Virus record (IMG/VR): IMGVR_UViG_3300035701_000043
Coordinates: 1-53,235 of that record
Direction: 5' to 3' (one strand)
DNA from: a virus
Lineage: Duplodnaviria > Caudoviricetes
Length of the DNA stretch: 53,235 nt
The notes under the pieces were generated by a model, which had not been told where the DNA came from, made no database searches, and saw only the letters and a list, made by a program, of their open reading frames with translations. The position numbers and the translations under genes were made by a program. Positions 1-8,310 of the stretch are shown here, one piece after another; the stretch's first letter is position 1, and every line of letters begins with the position of its first letter.

Positions 1-126
1 GACTGGTTCGAGGACCAGGGCTTCGACGAGGTCACGCTGCAGGAGGTGGAGCCCGAGCGGAACCAGGTGATCGCCCGCCTCAAGGGAGACGGCAAGGGCA
101 AGAGCATGATGTTCAACGGCCACCTC
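1..126 (+). pseudogene. 5' part of a host M20 family metallopeptidase/deacylase (ArgE/DapE-like), interrupted by the provirus
   Basis: Frame 1 reads DWFEDQGFDEVTLQEVEPERNQVIARLKGDGKGKSMMFNGHL, matching the M20 N-x-x-A-x-x-x-G...FNGHxD region; after the att core the frame reads SITL and stops. Confidence 0.85.
120..126 (+). repeat. attL core CCACCTC
   Basis: Identical 7-mer at 53110-53116; GC-rich host coding sequence changes to AT-rich viral sequence immediately after it. Confidence 0.85.
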
Positions 127-160
127 AGTATAACATTATAAATGTTCTATTATCCTGTTT

Positions 161-328
161 CTAAGGCCCCTCCAGGAACTTCTCGACGAATTCAAGGTCT
201 TCCTTAATCTGAGGAATGGCCCGTTTCAACCTATGTCTTAAAACAATGATTCCGTTTAATCTCTCGCTCGACTCAAGATACCGTTTTATGATCTCCCTTT
301 CATGATCGGAGAGTATCGCCGTTCTCAA
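161..328 (-). CDS. Small hypothetical protein (55 aa, TTG start), paralog of 798-986
   Basis: Not in the ORF track; MRTAILSDHEREIIKRYL...RHRL...KEDLEFVEKFLEGP with a GGTGA RBS upstream; pattern shared with 798-986. Confidence 0.6.
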   Translation of the reverse strand: MRTAILSDHEREIIKRYLESSERLNGIIVLRHRLKRAIPQIKEDLEFVEKFLEGP

Positions 329-392
329 CGATTTCACCCATAGTAATTACAACATACGAAATATTTAAATATAACGGATTACACACCTAGTA

Positions 393-662
393 ATGGCGAA
401 AAACGAAATGGCTGGGATGAGGAGGGTGCCGAGGGAAAGCGGGTTGAAGGTTTTCGTGGCGCGGAACCTAGGCGCGATGGCCTGCGGCGAGTGCGGCCGC
501 GTGCTCCTGAAGAGTGAGGTGGAAACTCAGTGGCGTCTCCACTATTCGCCGCCCCTGTGCGCCGACTGTGTGCCGGCGGGGGTCTACGGGCGGGACCCGG
601 CGGAGGTCGCCCGCGAAGACGCGGAAATTCAGAGACGAAGAGAGGCGTTTCCACTGCATTAG
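393..662 (+). CDS. Hypothetical zinc-ribbon protein
   Basis: CGEC...CADC pairs; AT-rich TATA-like sequence upstream. Confidence 0.5.
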   Translation: MAKNEMAGMRRVPRESGLKVFVARNLGAMACGECGRVLLKSEVETQWRLHYSPPLCADCVPAGVYGRDPAEVAREDAEIQRRREAFPLH

Positions 663-797
663 GTGAATGATATGACAACACTTGACTGGAGAGCAGATGC
701 CGGGGGGCCGACTCCGACCTCAAGAGGGGGTTATGATGGTTAAGGGGGCTTAGGGGCACAGGGCGGGTATGCCGCGATTGGCGGGTCAAAGCCCCAA

Positions 798-986
798 CTA
801 CTTTATATGTGGCAAACGATCTTCCTCGGCGGTTCGGAGCAAATCAAGATCTTCACGATATCGCTGTTTGTTTTTGCGGTAACGGTGGAGGATGCCGCGG
901 ACGGTGCTTGTGGCGTTGATGTCCTGGCCGCCGATGTAACGCAGCAGGGCCTCGCGTTCAGCGTCGGTAATAATGTAACTCCTCAT
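798..986 (-). CDS. Small hypothetical protein
   Basis: MRSYIITDAERE...RY...HR...EDL pattern shared with 161-328; overlaps the stop of 983-1264. Confidence 0.6.
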   Translation of the reverse strand: MRSYIITDAEREALLRYIGGQDINATSTVRGILHRYRKNKQRYREDLDLLRTAEEDRLPHIK

Positions 987-1264
987 GTCCTCTTTGCCTC
1001 GGCGACTATCTGCTCCTGCGTCATGTCGAGCTCGACTATCACGGTCTCGTTTGGGTTCCAGCCCTTCCCCGGCTCGACGCCGAGTTTTACATATATTTCG
1101 TCCTCAGTGAGGAATCGGGTTAGGTCACTTATTCTCGCCACCATTATGGCCCAATCCTCGGGAGATTCATATTTTGTTTTATCCCCCCTTTTTAAATATT
1201 CCACCAAAAGGCTCCCCTTCCTTTTTGCTCCCTGGAGGAGTTCGCTTATGCTTGTTGTTATCAT
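983..1264 (-). CDS. Hypothetical protein
   Basis: 93-aa ORF translationally coupled to 798-986. Confidence 0.55.
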   Translation of the reverse strand: MITTSISELLQGAKRKGSLLVEYLKRGDKTKYESPEDWAIMVARISDLTRFLTEDEIYVKLGVEPGKGWNPNETVIVELDMTQEQIVAEAKRT

Positions 1265-1452
1265 CCCTTTCCCCTGTTTCTATAATAGCAACGGGGGATA
1301 TATAAGTGTTACTACAGTGACAACGTTAAGGGGGCCTCGGACTCGGCTTCCCCCGAAGTAGGAATCCGAAACGGGGCAGGCCTATCCTCGGGCATCCTCA
1401 AATTCTTACGGACTCGACGCCGCAGGCATGCTAAAAGCCCCAAAGCAGTTTC

Positions 1453-1908
1453 CTAAGCTTGTTGGGATGCGGGTTTTTCCTTCGATGCGGCTCTAAGTAG
1501 GAGTTCGTTCTGCCTGATGATGATCTTATTCTGATCGATGAGGGCCTTGAAGCCGGCGCCCAGCATCTGATCAGTCGAATTACCCGAGAGAATTGTTCCG
1601 AGACGCATCCATCCACTCCCAGCCTCATGGGATTGCAGGTTCCTCATGTCTTGGAGAATTAACGTTTTTATTTCATTATCAGCCATTTCTTCGCTGAATA
1701 AGAGTGCCTTACCCGAGACTATTGGCTTCGCGGGGGCTTTCTCCTTCTTTGCCTTGAGTAATCCCTGAAGTTCCTTACTTCCCATTTTCATTTTAATTAT
1801 TGAGTTTCCGCACGTCGGACAAGTGGTGAGGTTCTTACCCACCAATATTCCTTCTTGACATTCTTCATTTGGGCATACACTCACATCCAACAAACCCATC
1901 TCTCTCAC
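1453..1908 (-). CDS. Zinc-ribbon-containing hypothetical protein
   Basis: CPNEEC...CPTCG at the N-terminus; 151-aa ORF. Confidence 0.6.
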   Translation of the reverse strand: MREMGLLDVSVCPNEECQEGILVGKNLTTCPTCGNSIIKMKMGSKELQGLLKAKKEKAPAKPIVSGKALLFSEEMADNEIKTLILQDMRNLQSHEAGSGWMRLGTILSGNSTDQMLGAGFKALIDQNKIIIRQNELLLRAASKEKPASQQA

Positions 1909-2011
1909 ACTCTCAGGTAAACATTTTTATCTGAATATAAAACGCTTTCACCCACCTCCCCCCCCTCAATCTACGAACCTCTTTTAAAGACAGTTTTCCA
2001 AGCCTAAAACC

Positions 2012-2164
2012 ATGTCTGAGGCCTGCGTGTGCGGGAGGCTGCTCAGGAAGGTGGAAAAGCTGATCAGGGACCGACCTGAACTCGGCTACCTGGACGCCGA
2101 GGACTTCATTCACGACGCTCTTCACCGCTTTTTTCGAGAAGGTCCGGGACGCCGTACTTCATGA
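2012..2164 (+). CDS. Possible RHH/CopG-like small protein (50 aa)
   Basis: Not in the ORF track; LLRKVEKLIRDRPELGYLDAEDFIHDALHRF resembles the helices of archaeal RHH proteins; TTTTAAA upstream. Confidence 0.45.
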   Translation: MSEACVCGRLLRKVEKLIRDRPELGYLDAEDFIHDALHRFFREGPGRRTS

Positions 2165-2318
2165 GAAGATCTCGAACGGCGGCCTCCAAAATATCACTTT
2201 TGTATCTAAATCCGAGTACATGGGCTTTTTTCGTCTTTAGGAACTCCTCAATCGCGTCGTTCATGCCCTCGGGTATACGAATAACCTTAGAGCGCTTCTC
2301 AGCGTTGGGGTAACCCAT
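2106..2318 (-). CDS. Ribbon-helix-helix transcriptional regulator (candidate repressor)
   Basis: KVIRIPEGMNDAIEEFL...GFRYKSDILEAAVRDLL: beta strand plus two helices. Confidence 0.75.
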   Translation of the reverse strand: MGYPNAEKRSKVIRIPEGMNDAIEEFLKTKKAHVLGFRYKSDILEAAVRDLLMKYGVPDLLEKSGEERRE

Positions 2319-2444
2319 TTCTTATCTGTTACGATAGGGCTACATAAATGATTTAAATATATTGTGGATGTGTAAAATTACATTAGGGATACACTTTAGT
2401 AACATTTAAATGCGGGGGGGCTACACTCTTGTAACAGATAGAAA
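2319..2444. promoter_or_regulatory. Divergent promoter/operator region
   Basis: TTTAAA boxes; inverted TATCTGTTAC/GTAACAGATA (2323-2332, 2431-2440); three GGG(C/A)TACA boxes near 2335, 2384 and 2416. Confidence 0.65.
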
Positions 2445-2618
2445 ATGTCTAGGGTTGTAAGAATCGACGGGGCTCTTCTGCCGTGGATCGATGCCGCGGT
2501 CAACGAGGCCCGAGACGAATTTGACAGTAAGAAGTACGGCAGCCGGAAGGATGTCGTCGACGACGCGGTGAAGCGCCTGGTGGGGGAGTTGGGCGTGAAG
2601 CCGAAGGAGGCGCCATAG
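2445..2618 (+). CDS. RHH transcriptional regulator (Cro-like position)
   Basis: Not in the ORF track; MSRVVRIDGALLPWIDAAV...KYGSRKDVVDDAVKRLV; first gene of the rightward operon, abutting 2619. Confidence 0.75.
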   Translation: MSRVVRIDGALLPWIDAAVNEARDEFDSKKYGSRKDVVDDAVKRLVGELGVKPKEAP

Positions 2619-3338
2619 ATGACCACCCTAACTCGGGCAGACTTCAAGCAAACCCCCACCGGGCTCCTCTATGAGGGCAATTATAGATGCGAGGGTGACC
2701 TGTTTATCGAGGGCTCCCTCGGCACCACCCGGTTCAGCAGATCACTATACGCCTCAGGCTCAATAATTGCGGGGATGGGCTCCGGCATCGAGGCAGGTGA
2801 TGGCATTGAGGCAGGCTGGGGCATCGAGGCAGGCTATGGCATCGAGGCAGGCGATGGCATCGAGGCAGGCGATGGCATCGAGGCAGGCGATGGCATCGAG
2901 GCAGGCGATGGCATCGTCACCCTCAGGGCCGGTATAAGGGCGAAGACAGTGATCGCCCTACGCATAGCCGCGGGATTCCACCTCAGAGACAAGGCACAAA
3001 TCGAAGCGAAGGTGAAGGGCGACGTAATACTGGGCGAAGTTGCCGAACCCAACCCCCTCCCCCCAGCAGAATACTACTGGCACATCCATCACGAGACGCT
3101 CGTCGAAGCCACCACCGAACCCATCGAGAACCGCATAGACTACATCAAGACGAGCAAGCCAGCCAGCGAAGTCGAGACGCGGCTCAAGCTACTCCACCGG
3201 GTCAAGGACGCGAAGAGGCTCCGCCACGCCATGGCGAAGAACGACCACGCGGAGGTTGAGCAACTACACCGGGAAGAGTGCCCAGACTGCCCTTGGACGG
3301 GTAAAAGTATCTTTGGTGGGGGGGGGGATGAACCATGA
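2619..3338 (+). CDS. Hypothetical protein with GIEAGx hexapeptide repeats
   Basis: Seven GIEAG(D/W/Y) repeats; C-terminal HHE...H...CPDCPW motif. Confidence 0.75.
   Translation: MTTLTRADFKQTPTGLLYEGNYRCEGDLFIEGSLGTTRFSRSLYASGSIIAGMGSGIEAGDGIEAGWGIEAGYGIEAGDGIEAGDGIEAGDGIEAGDGIVTLRAGIRAKTVIALRIAAGFHLRDKAQIEAKVKGDVILGEVAEPNPLPPAEYYWHIHHETLVEATTEPIENRIDYIKTSKPASEVETRLKLLHRVKDAKRLRHAMAKNDHAEVEQLHREECPDCPWTGKSIFGGGGDEP
2784..2915 (+). repeat. 18-bp coding tandem repeat (GGCATCGAGGCAGGCGAT), about 7 copies
   Basis: Directly visible; encodes the GIEAGD repeats. Confidence 0.95.
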
Positions 3339-3595
3339 GTGAAAAACTGAGCGAGAGGTTGCGTGATGCTGTAGACTTTGGCCCCGTGAAGTATGGCCAC
3401 AGTGGTTACGTTGAGGGATTACTGATGTTAGTCTCCGAAGTCGAGGCTCTTGAGTCCCGGTTATCCGAAGCCCAGAAATCGGGTAAACTGTTCTGTGAAG
3501 AGCAGTGTGAAGAGGGACCAGGGTGGGGTGAGTGTGAGGATTCGGGATGTTATCTCTTCTCTATAAAGAGGGCTCTGCGGGGGAAGAAGACATGA
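3335..3595 (+). CDS. Hypothetical Cys-containing protein
   Basis: ATGA overlaps with both neighbours. Confidence 0.6.
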   Translation: MSEKLSERLRDAVDFGPVKYGHSGYVEGLLMLVSEVEALESRLSEAQKSGKLFCEEQCEEGPGWGECEDSGCYLFSIKRALRGKKT

Positions 3596-3798
3596 GTGAG
3601 TCTCCTAAAATTAAAGATTGTTTCTGGTTAAACAAAGGTAAATGTACAAGTCCAGAAATATATAGATTCAGACTTGAATCATTAGGTATATATTATTGTG
3701 ATTGTAACCCAGAGGACACCGCCATTATCAACTGTGAATTACGATGCTTAGAATTTAGACCAAACAGAAAAGGCTCTGCGTGGCGTGGGAGAGGATGA
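3592..3798 (+). CDS. Hypothetical Cys-rich protein
   Basis: ATG at 3592 overlaps the previous stop; AT-rich. Confidence 0.5.
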   Translation: MSESPKIKDCFWLNKGKCTSPEIYRFRLESLGIYYCDCNPEDTAIINCELRCLEFRPNRKGSAWRGRG

Positions 3799-3923
3799 GA
3801 AACGAAAACTGTAAACGATTGGTGCTATATGTTCGCTGGTGCAGAGAAACTAGGTCTTTCCTGTTCAGGGTGTAAATTCCACTCTTATTGTCATCAAAAG
3901 GATGGCGTGGGAGGGAATGAGAA

Positions 3924-4439
3924 GTGAGTTTTGAAGAATATCATTGCATGATGAAGAACGAAGACCAAGATGATGAGGAGTACGCTGTATGTCAATACCC
4001 TAAATGTTGGCTAGAGGATTGTCCTCATAAACAGGCTAGAGATAGTCTCGCTGAGGCGGATCTGCAAGGCAAGGTTAGAGACTTCCACCTAAAATTCAAT
4101 TTTACTGCCAACCCAACAAATGAGAATCCGACACTCATACCAATAGAATTAGCGCGTAGGCGATTCTGGCTCCTTTTGAAGGAGGTGGATGAATTTGAGG
4201 AGGCTATGGAGGCAGAAGACTTAATCAAGATTACCGATGCAATCGGTGACATTCTCTATTTCGTTTACGGCGATGCCGTTGCCTATGGTATCCCAGTTAT
4301 TCCAGTCTTCAATGAGATTCATCGAAGCAACATGACGAAAAGCCCCTGTCTCGATAAAGATGTTAGAGCGGTTAAGGGTCTAGATTATTCACCACCAAAC
4401 TTTGAAAAGATTCTGCGTGGCGTGGGAGGGGATGAGTAA
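3924..4439 (+). CDS. MazG-like/all-alpha NTP pyrophosphohydrolase
   Basis: EVDEFEEA...DAIGDILY...EIHRSNMTK...KG..YSPP motifs. Confidence 0.85.
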   Translation: MSFEEYHCMMKNEDQDDEEYAVCQYPKCWLEDCPHKQARDSLAEADLQGKVRDFHLKFNFTANPTNENPTLIPIELARRRFWLLLKEVDEFEEAMEAEDLIKITDAIGDILYFVYGDAVAYGIPVIPVFNEIHRSNMTKSPCLDKDVRAVKGLDYSPPNFEKILRGVGGDE

Positions 4440-5047
4440 TGACGAGTCTTCTTGAACTTGGCTGCGGTGGTTGTGTTCACCTTCACCTAGAGGACGGCGT
4501 TGAGCCTAATTGCTGGATCAATAGTGGAAGAGGAATACCCAAACCGTGTCCCGATAGATTAAATTTTGATGAGGCGCGAAGTCTTAAGGCGGAGTTGCGG
4601 GCGCTGGGGGCGAAGTTCAAGCATGATGCCGACATCAAGCTTGAGAACCAGCGTAGACTTACCGAGGAGCGCGACACACTCAAGGAGCAGACAGAGAAAT
4701 ATAACCAAGAAACTCAATTAAAAAGGGATGAGAGGCGGCTAAACGATTATGATGATGTTACAAGGCGATTAACTAAGAGGGTTGAGGCTGCGGAGGCGGA
4801 GGTCAAGACGCTCAAGGAGCAGGTTGCGGGTCTTGAGGAGTTGAATCGTGGCCTTGATTACTGCGCTGAGCAGGAGGAGGTTAAACGCAAAGACGCGGAG
4901 TCACGCGTCGCTGAGGCGGGGAAGCTACCCGAGAAGTGGCGAACCGAAGCATTAGGTTATCCTCATAGCTCTGAAGGTTTGCATTGTAAGGTAGCGGTTG
5001 AACTATGTGCTGATGAGCTTGAGAAGGCTCTACGTGGGGCAGGTTGA
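4439..5047 (+). CDS. Coiled-coil hypothetical protein with Cys-rich N-terminus
   Basis: CGGC...C...C followed by a charged heptad-rich region. Confidence 0.65.
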   Translation: MTSLLELGCGGCVHLHLEDGVEPNCWINSGRGIPKPCPDRLNFDEARSLKAELRALGAKFKHDADIKLENQRRLTEERDTLKEQTEKYNQETQLKRDERRLNDYDDVTRRLTKRVEAAEAEVKTLKEQVAGLEELNRGLDYCAEQEEVKRKDAESRVAEAGKLPEKWRTEALGYPHSSEGLHCKVAVELCADELEKALRGAG

Positions 5048-5096
5048 GGAGTTGCCCGAGTAAGAACCCGGCGCGTCATATATTAGGTAAATCTCG

Positions 5097-5396
5097 ATGG
5101 GGGCGGCTAAGACGGGGGAAACATTTAACCAAGCGATGCTCCTCCGAACCGAGGACTTAGCCGCCGAGTTGACCCGCCGCGCCACCCTAAACGAAGACCT
5201 CCTCCGGCGCCTCGCCGGAGCCGTGAACAACCAGACCCTCGATGTTTATGTTTTCCTCTCAAAAAACGGCCCGGCTAACCGCTTGGAGTTAGAAACTTCT
5301 TTTTCCCGCCAAAACCTCGATAGAGTTATACCCATCCTCGAGGCGGAAAACCTGATCGTTAAGGGCGCGAACTTCAAGTACCGCGCACAAAAATAA
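5097..5396 (+). CDS. Winged-helix DNA-binding protein (putative)
   Basis: VYVFLSKNGP...EL...SRQNLDR....LE..NLI pattern. Confidence 0.55.
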   Translation: MGAAKTGETFNQAMLLRTEDLAAELTRRATLNEDLLRRLAGAVNNQTLDVYVFLSKNGPANRLELETSFSRQNLDRVIPILEAENLIVKGANFKYRAQK

Positions 5397-5400
5397 GGTA

Positions 5401-5760
5401 ATGGTTTATATATTAGCGCAAAAACTTTTGCAGAGTATTTCCAGATGGAGATTGAAGAGTTACTCTAAAGTTGTTTTGGCTGAGGACCCCCTCACAACCG
5501 AGGCCCTCAGCATCCTCGTCGAGGCGAACCCCGCCACCGGGGCCGAAGCCACGAAGGTGATGATAACCACTCAGCCCGGGCACTATAAAACCCCGGAGCA
5601 ATTCGAGGACGCCATAGACGCGGCGGCGAAGCAAAGCCGCCGCCAAGTCTTTGAGGAGTTTTGTGGTTTCATCGCCCTCGGCCTGGACGGCGCCGCCGGC
5701 CTCCACGGGGCCCTTGGTGATGCCCTGGAATTCGTCGCGGCGCAAAAGGAGGGCGTCTAA
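5401..5760 (+). CDS. Hypothetical protein
   Basis: 119-aa ORF in operon. Confidence 0.55.
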   Translation: MVYILAQKLLQSISRWRLKSYSKVVLAEDPLTTEALSILVEANPATGAEATKVMITTQPGHYKTPEQFEDAIDAAAKQSRRQVFEEFCGFIALGLDGAAGLHGALGDALEFVAAQKEGV

Positions 5761-5763
5761 GAA

Positions 5764-5991
5764 ATGAACCCGAAACTATTCAAACAGTGGCGGGAGGAAG
5801 CCTACTACGAGTGGCTGACGGAACGCCGGGGCGGCCTCGCCGCGGCCCTGGCCTCTCTCGCGGAGGACGTCAAAGAAAACGGCCCCCTTGTCGACTGGGC
5901 GCGAGACACACGAATCCCACAAATCCTCAAGGAAATCAAGGAACTCGACAACGAACTTGAGGCGCTAGGGACGACTGAGGAAGTCACCTAA
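5764..5991 (+). CDS. Hypothetical protein
   Basis: Tightly packed ORF in operon. Confidence 0.55.
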   Translation: MNPKLFKQWREEAYYEWLTERRGGLAAALASLAEDVKENGPLVDWARDTRIPQILKEIKELDNELEALGTTEEVT

Positions 5992-5992
5992 G

Positions 5993-6220
5993 ATGGGTGA
6001 TCGCAAACTCGGTCCTGTTGACAAGTTCATCCAAGAATGGGGCATCAAGCATGATTATACCTTCAAGAAATACCGTCCCGGCGACGCAGAAGTGACATTC
6101 AGAGATGATATGATGGATAAGGGTACCCTGAAGGAACTTCTCACCGATATTGACGTTGGGGGTCTGTACCTTTTCATCAGCGGCGAGTTCACCATCATCG
6201 AACCAGAGGAGGATGCCTAA
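5993..6220 (+). CDS. Hypothetical protein
   Basis: Tightly packed ORF in operon. Confidence 0.55.
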   Translation: MGDRKLGPVDKFIQEWGIKHDYTFKKYRPGDAEVTFRDDMMDKGTLKELLTDIDVGGLYLFISGEFTIIEPEEDA

Positions 6221-6221
6221 T

Positions 6222-7214
6222 ATGCCGGGCGAAAAGAAGCAGGAGACCCTACCCACGGAGACCGTTCCAACGACCATCGAGACGAACCTCACCGACGCCC
6301 TCCGCCGCATAAACAATATTGAGGCCCGACTCAGCCCAGCCCTCGAACAGGTCAAGGCCGCCGCCGAGGTCGTTAACGACCTGAAGGATCGGGTCAAAGC
6401 CGTCGAGGCGGTCGCCGACAACTACGCGATGGGGAAGATCACCGCCGCCGCGGCCAGTATGATAGCTTCCGCGGTCACCGCCGCGATGCGGGATCTAGTC
6501 GAGTACAAGAAGGGCGCCGAGGAACGCATCGAGGCACGACACAACGGCACAAAACCGGCGTTGGTGGCTATAACACGCACTCCCCATCTCGATGAGGGGG
6601 TGATAGAACGCTTGGTTCAAGAAGAGCTGACGAAGGCGGCTGGACTTCTTACTAGGGAGGCAGCAACATACCTTGTATATAAAAATTTAGGCATCGGAAA
6701 CGAAGAAAAGCAAACACCCCCGCAAAGAGGTGAGAAGGGATTCACTAACCTTGGTACTATCACGCGAGGGATGAAGAACCTAAAGGTTAAGGGCCAACTC
6801 CTAGACGACCCCATCACCCGAGAGGTGGACACCCGGGTAGGGCCTAAAACCGTTTCATCCTTCCGCCTCGACGATGGAATGGGGGAGACCCGCATCAGTC
6901 TCTGGGGGAGGGAAACCGATGTCGCAAAGCTAATCGCCGGGACGATTGTCTCCCTCGAGGGGCTCAACGCCGATGCGCCTTTTGATGGTTTGCCGCAACT
7001 CTCAGGCGGCAAATGGGCGAAAATTCACCTCGGGGACGCTCCCGCATCAACCCCGCCCCCAAAAAGCGGCGGGTACTCGGGACAGATAGAGAACCCCGGC
7101 GGCCCCGCTACTGATAAACAAAAGAAATTCATGGACGATCTCAAAATCAGGTACGACGCCGGCATAACCAAAATCGAGGCATCAAACCTCATTGACCAGA
7201 AAAAGAAGAAATAA
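6222..7214 (+). CDS. RPA-like OB-fold ssDNA-binding protein with N-terminal coiled coil
   Basis: NLKVKGQL...TREV...VSSFRLDDGMGETRISLWG is an archaeal RPA OB-fold pattern; GLLTREAATYLV helix precedes it; adjacent to PCNA. Start may be 6213. Confidence 0.75.
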   Translation: MPGEKKQETLPTETVPTTIETNLTDALRRINNIEARLSPALEQVKAAAEVVNDLKDRVKAVEAVADNYAMGKITAAAASMIASAVTAAMRDLVEYKKGAEERIEARHNGTKPALVAITRTPHLDEGVIERLVQEELTKAAGLLTREAATYLVYKNLGIGNEEKQTPPQRGEKGFTNLGTITRGMKNLKVKGQLLDDPITREVDTRVGPKTVSSFRLDDGMGETRISLWGRETDVAKLIAGTIVSLEGLNADAPFDGLPQLSGGKWAKIHLGDAPASTPPPKSGGYSGQIENPGGPATDKQKKFMDDLKIRYDAGITKIEASNLIDQKKKK

Positions 7215-7230
7215 TTACGATGGTGATTAG

Positions 7231-7974
7231 ATGCAGTTCAAGTTAACATCGATTGTAGGGTTCCGCGACCTGATCAAAGCCGTCTCCGCCGTCGCGGTGG
7301 AGGCGACCATCCTCAGCGACGAGGCCGGCATCAGCCTCAAAACCATGGACCCGAGTCACGTCGCCTTGGTGGAGTTCGCACTCCCCGCCGAATACTTCGA
7401 CGCCTACACCCCCGGCGAAAAGATAACCATTCACTTCCCTGAATTCCTCAAGTTCCTCGACCACATCGACAAGGACGAGGAGACGTGGATACACCTCGAT
7501 GAGGAGAAGGCGAGGCTCGTTATCCTCTGCAAGCGCGGGGGCCACAGCAGGCGCTTCGAGATGCCGATCCTCGGGCCGATCGATGACGAGGTGCCCCAGC
7601 CGAAGATGCTCTTCAAAGCGAAGGCGAGAATCCTCACGAGCGGCCTCAGGGTGGCGATAAAGGACGCGGTCCTCGTCAGCGAGCACGTCAAGGTGAGCGC
7701 CGAGGGTGGGGGGTTGAAGGTGAGCGCCGTCGGCGACATGGGGAGTGCCCACAGTGAGTGGGAGAAGGGGAGCGACGACCTCATAGACATCAAGGCCGAG
7801 GAGGACAGCTCGGCTACCTTCACCCTCAGCCTCCTAGACGAGATAGTGAGCGCCGCCGGTAACAGCGGCGAGGTGGCCACCATCGAGCTGAGCACCGACA
7901 CGCCCATCAAGATGGACTTCGAGTTACCGAAGGGGAAGCTCGTCTACTACCTCGCACCCTGCATAGGCGTCTAA
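7231..7974 (+). CDS. pcn: DNA polymerase sliding clamp (PCNA)
   Basis: 247 aa; MDPSHVALV and C-terminal YYLAP motifs of PCNA. Confidence 0.95.
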   Translation: MQFKLTSIVGFRDLIKAVSAVAVEATILSDEAGISLKTMDPSHVALVEFALPAEYFDAYTPGEKITIHFPEFLKFLDHIDKDEETWIHLDEEKARLVILCKRGGHSRRFEMPILGPIDDEVPQPKMLFKAKARILTSGLRVAIKDAVLVSEHVKVSAEGGGLKVSAVGDMGSAHSEWEKGSDDLIDIKAEEDSSATFTLSLLDEIVSAAGNSGEVATIELSTDTPIKMDFELPKGKLVYYLAPCIGV

Positions 7975-7992
7975 CTGGGGAGGCCCTTCACG

Positions 7993-8298
7993 TTGCCCCG
8001 TAGCCCCGAACATATCACCAAAAACATACTCCGCGTCCTCGCCGAGCGCCCCATGAATCTAACCAGGCTCCTCCGCGCCGCCAACCTCAGTTCCCACAAC
8101 AGTTCCCACAACCCAACACTCGAAAACCTCGTCAAAGAAAACCTGGTCAAACGAGAACCCCGCATCAACCCCCGATTCACGAGTTTCAAGATGCGGGAGA
8201 AGACGGAGCGACTCCTCGCCGAGGGCCACATCGGAGTACACTATCACGTCGTCATGTTCAGCATCACCGAAAAAGGGAGAAAGACCCTACGTGGATAA
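7993..8298 (+). CDS. Winged-helix DNA-binding protein
   Basis: RS..I...IL..L......T.L...ANLS...L..LV...LV...FSITEKG, an archaeal wHTH pattern. Confidence 0.7.
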   Translation: MPRSPEHITKNILRVLAERPMNLTRLLRAANLSSHNSSHNPTLENLVKENLVKREPRINPRFTSFKMREKTERLLAEGHIGVHYHVVMFSITEKGRKTLRG

Positions 8299-8310
8299 AG
8301 GAGCGGCTCT

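Noticed and set aside
1305-1314. GTGTTACTA match to the TnpB guide
   Set aside because: Only 9 nt and not aligned to the first guide base; compatible with chance.
8146-8159. Partial gapped match (GTcAAaCGaGA) to the shared NN series as a self-target
   Set aside because: Only four dinucleotides match and the flanks fail, which is expected by chance. My search was by eye and not exhaustive.
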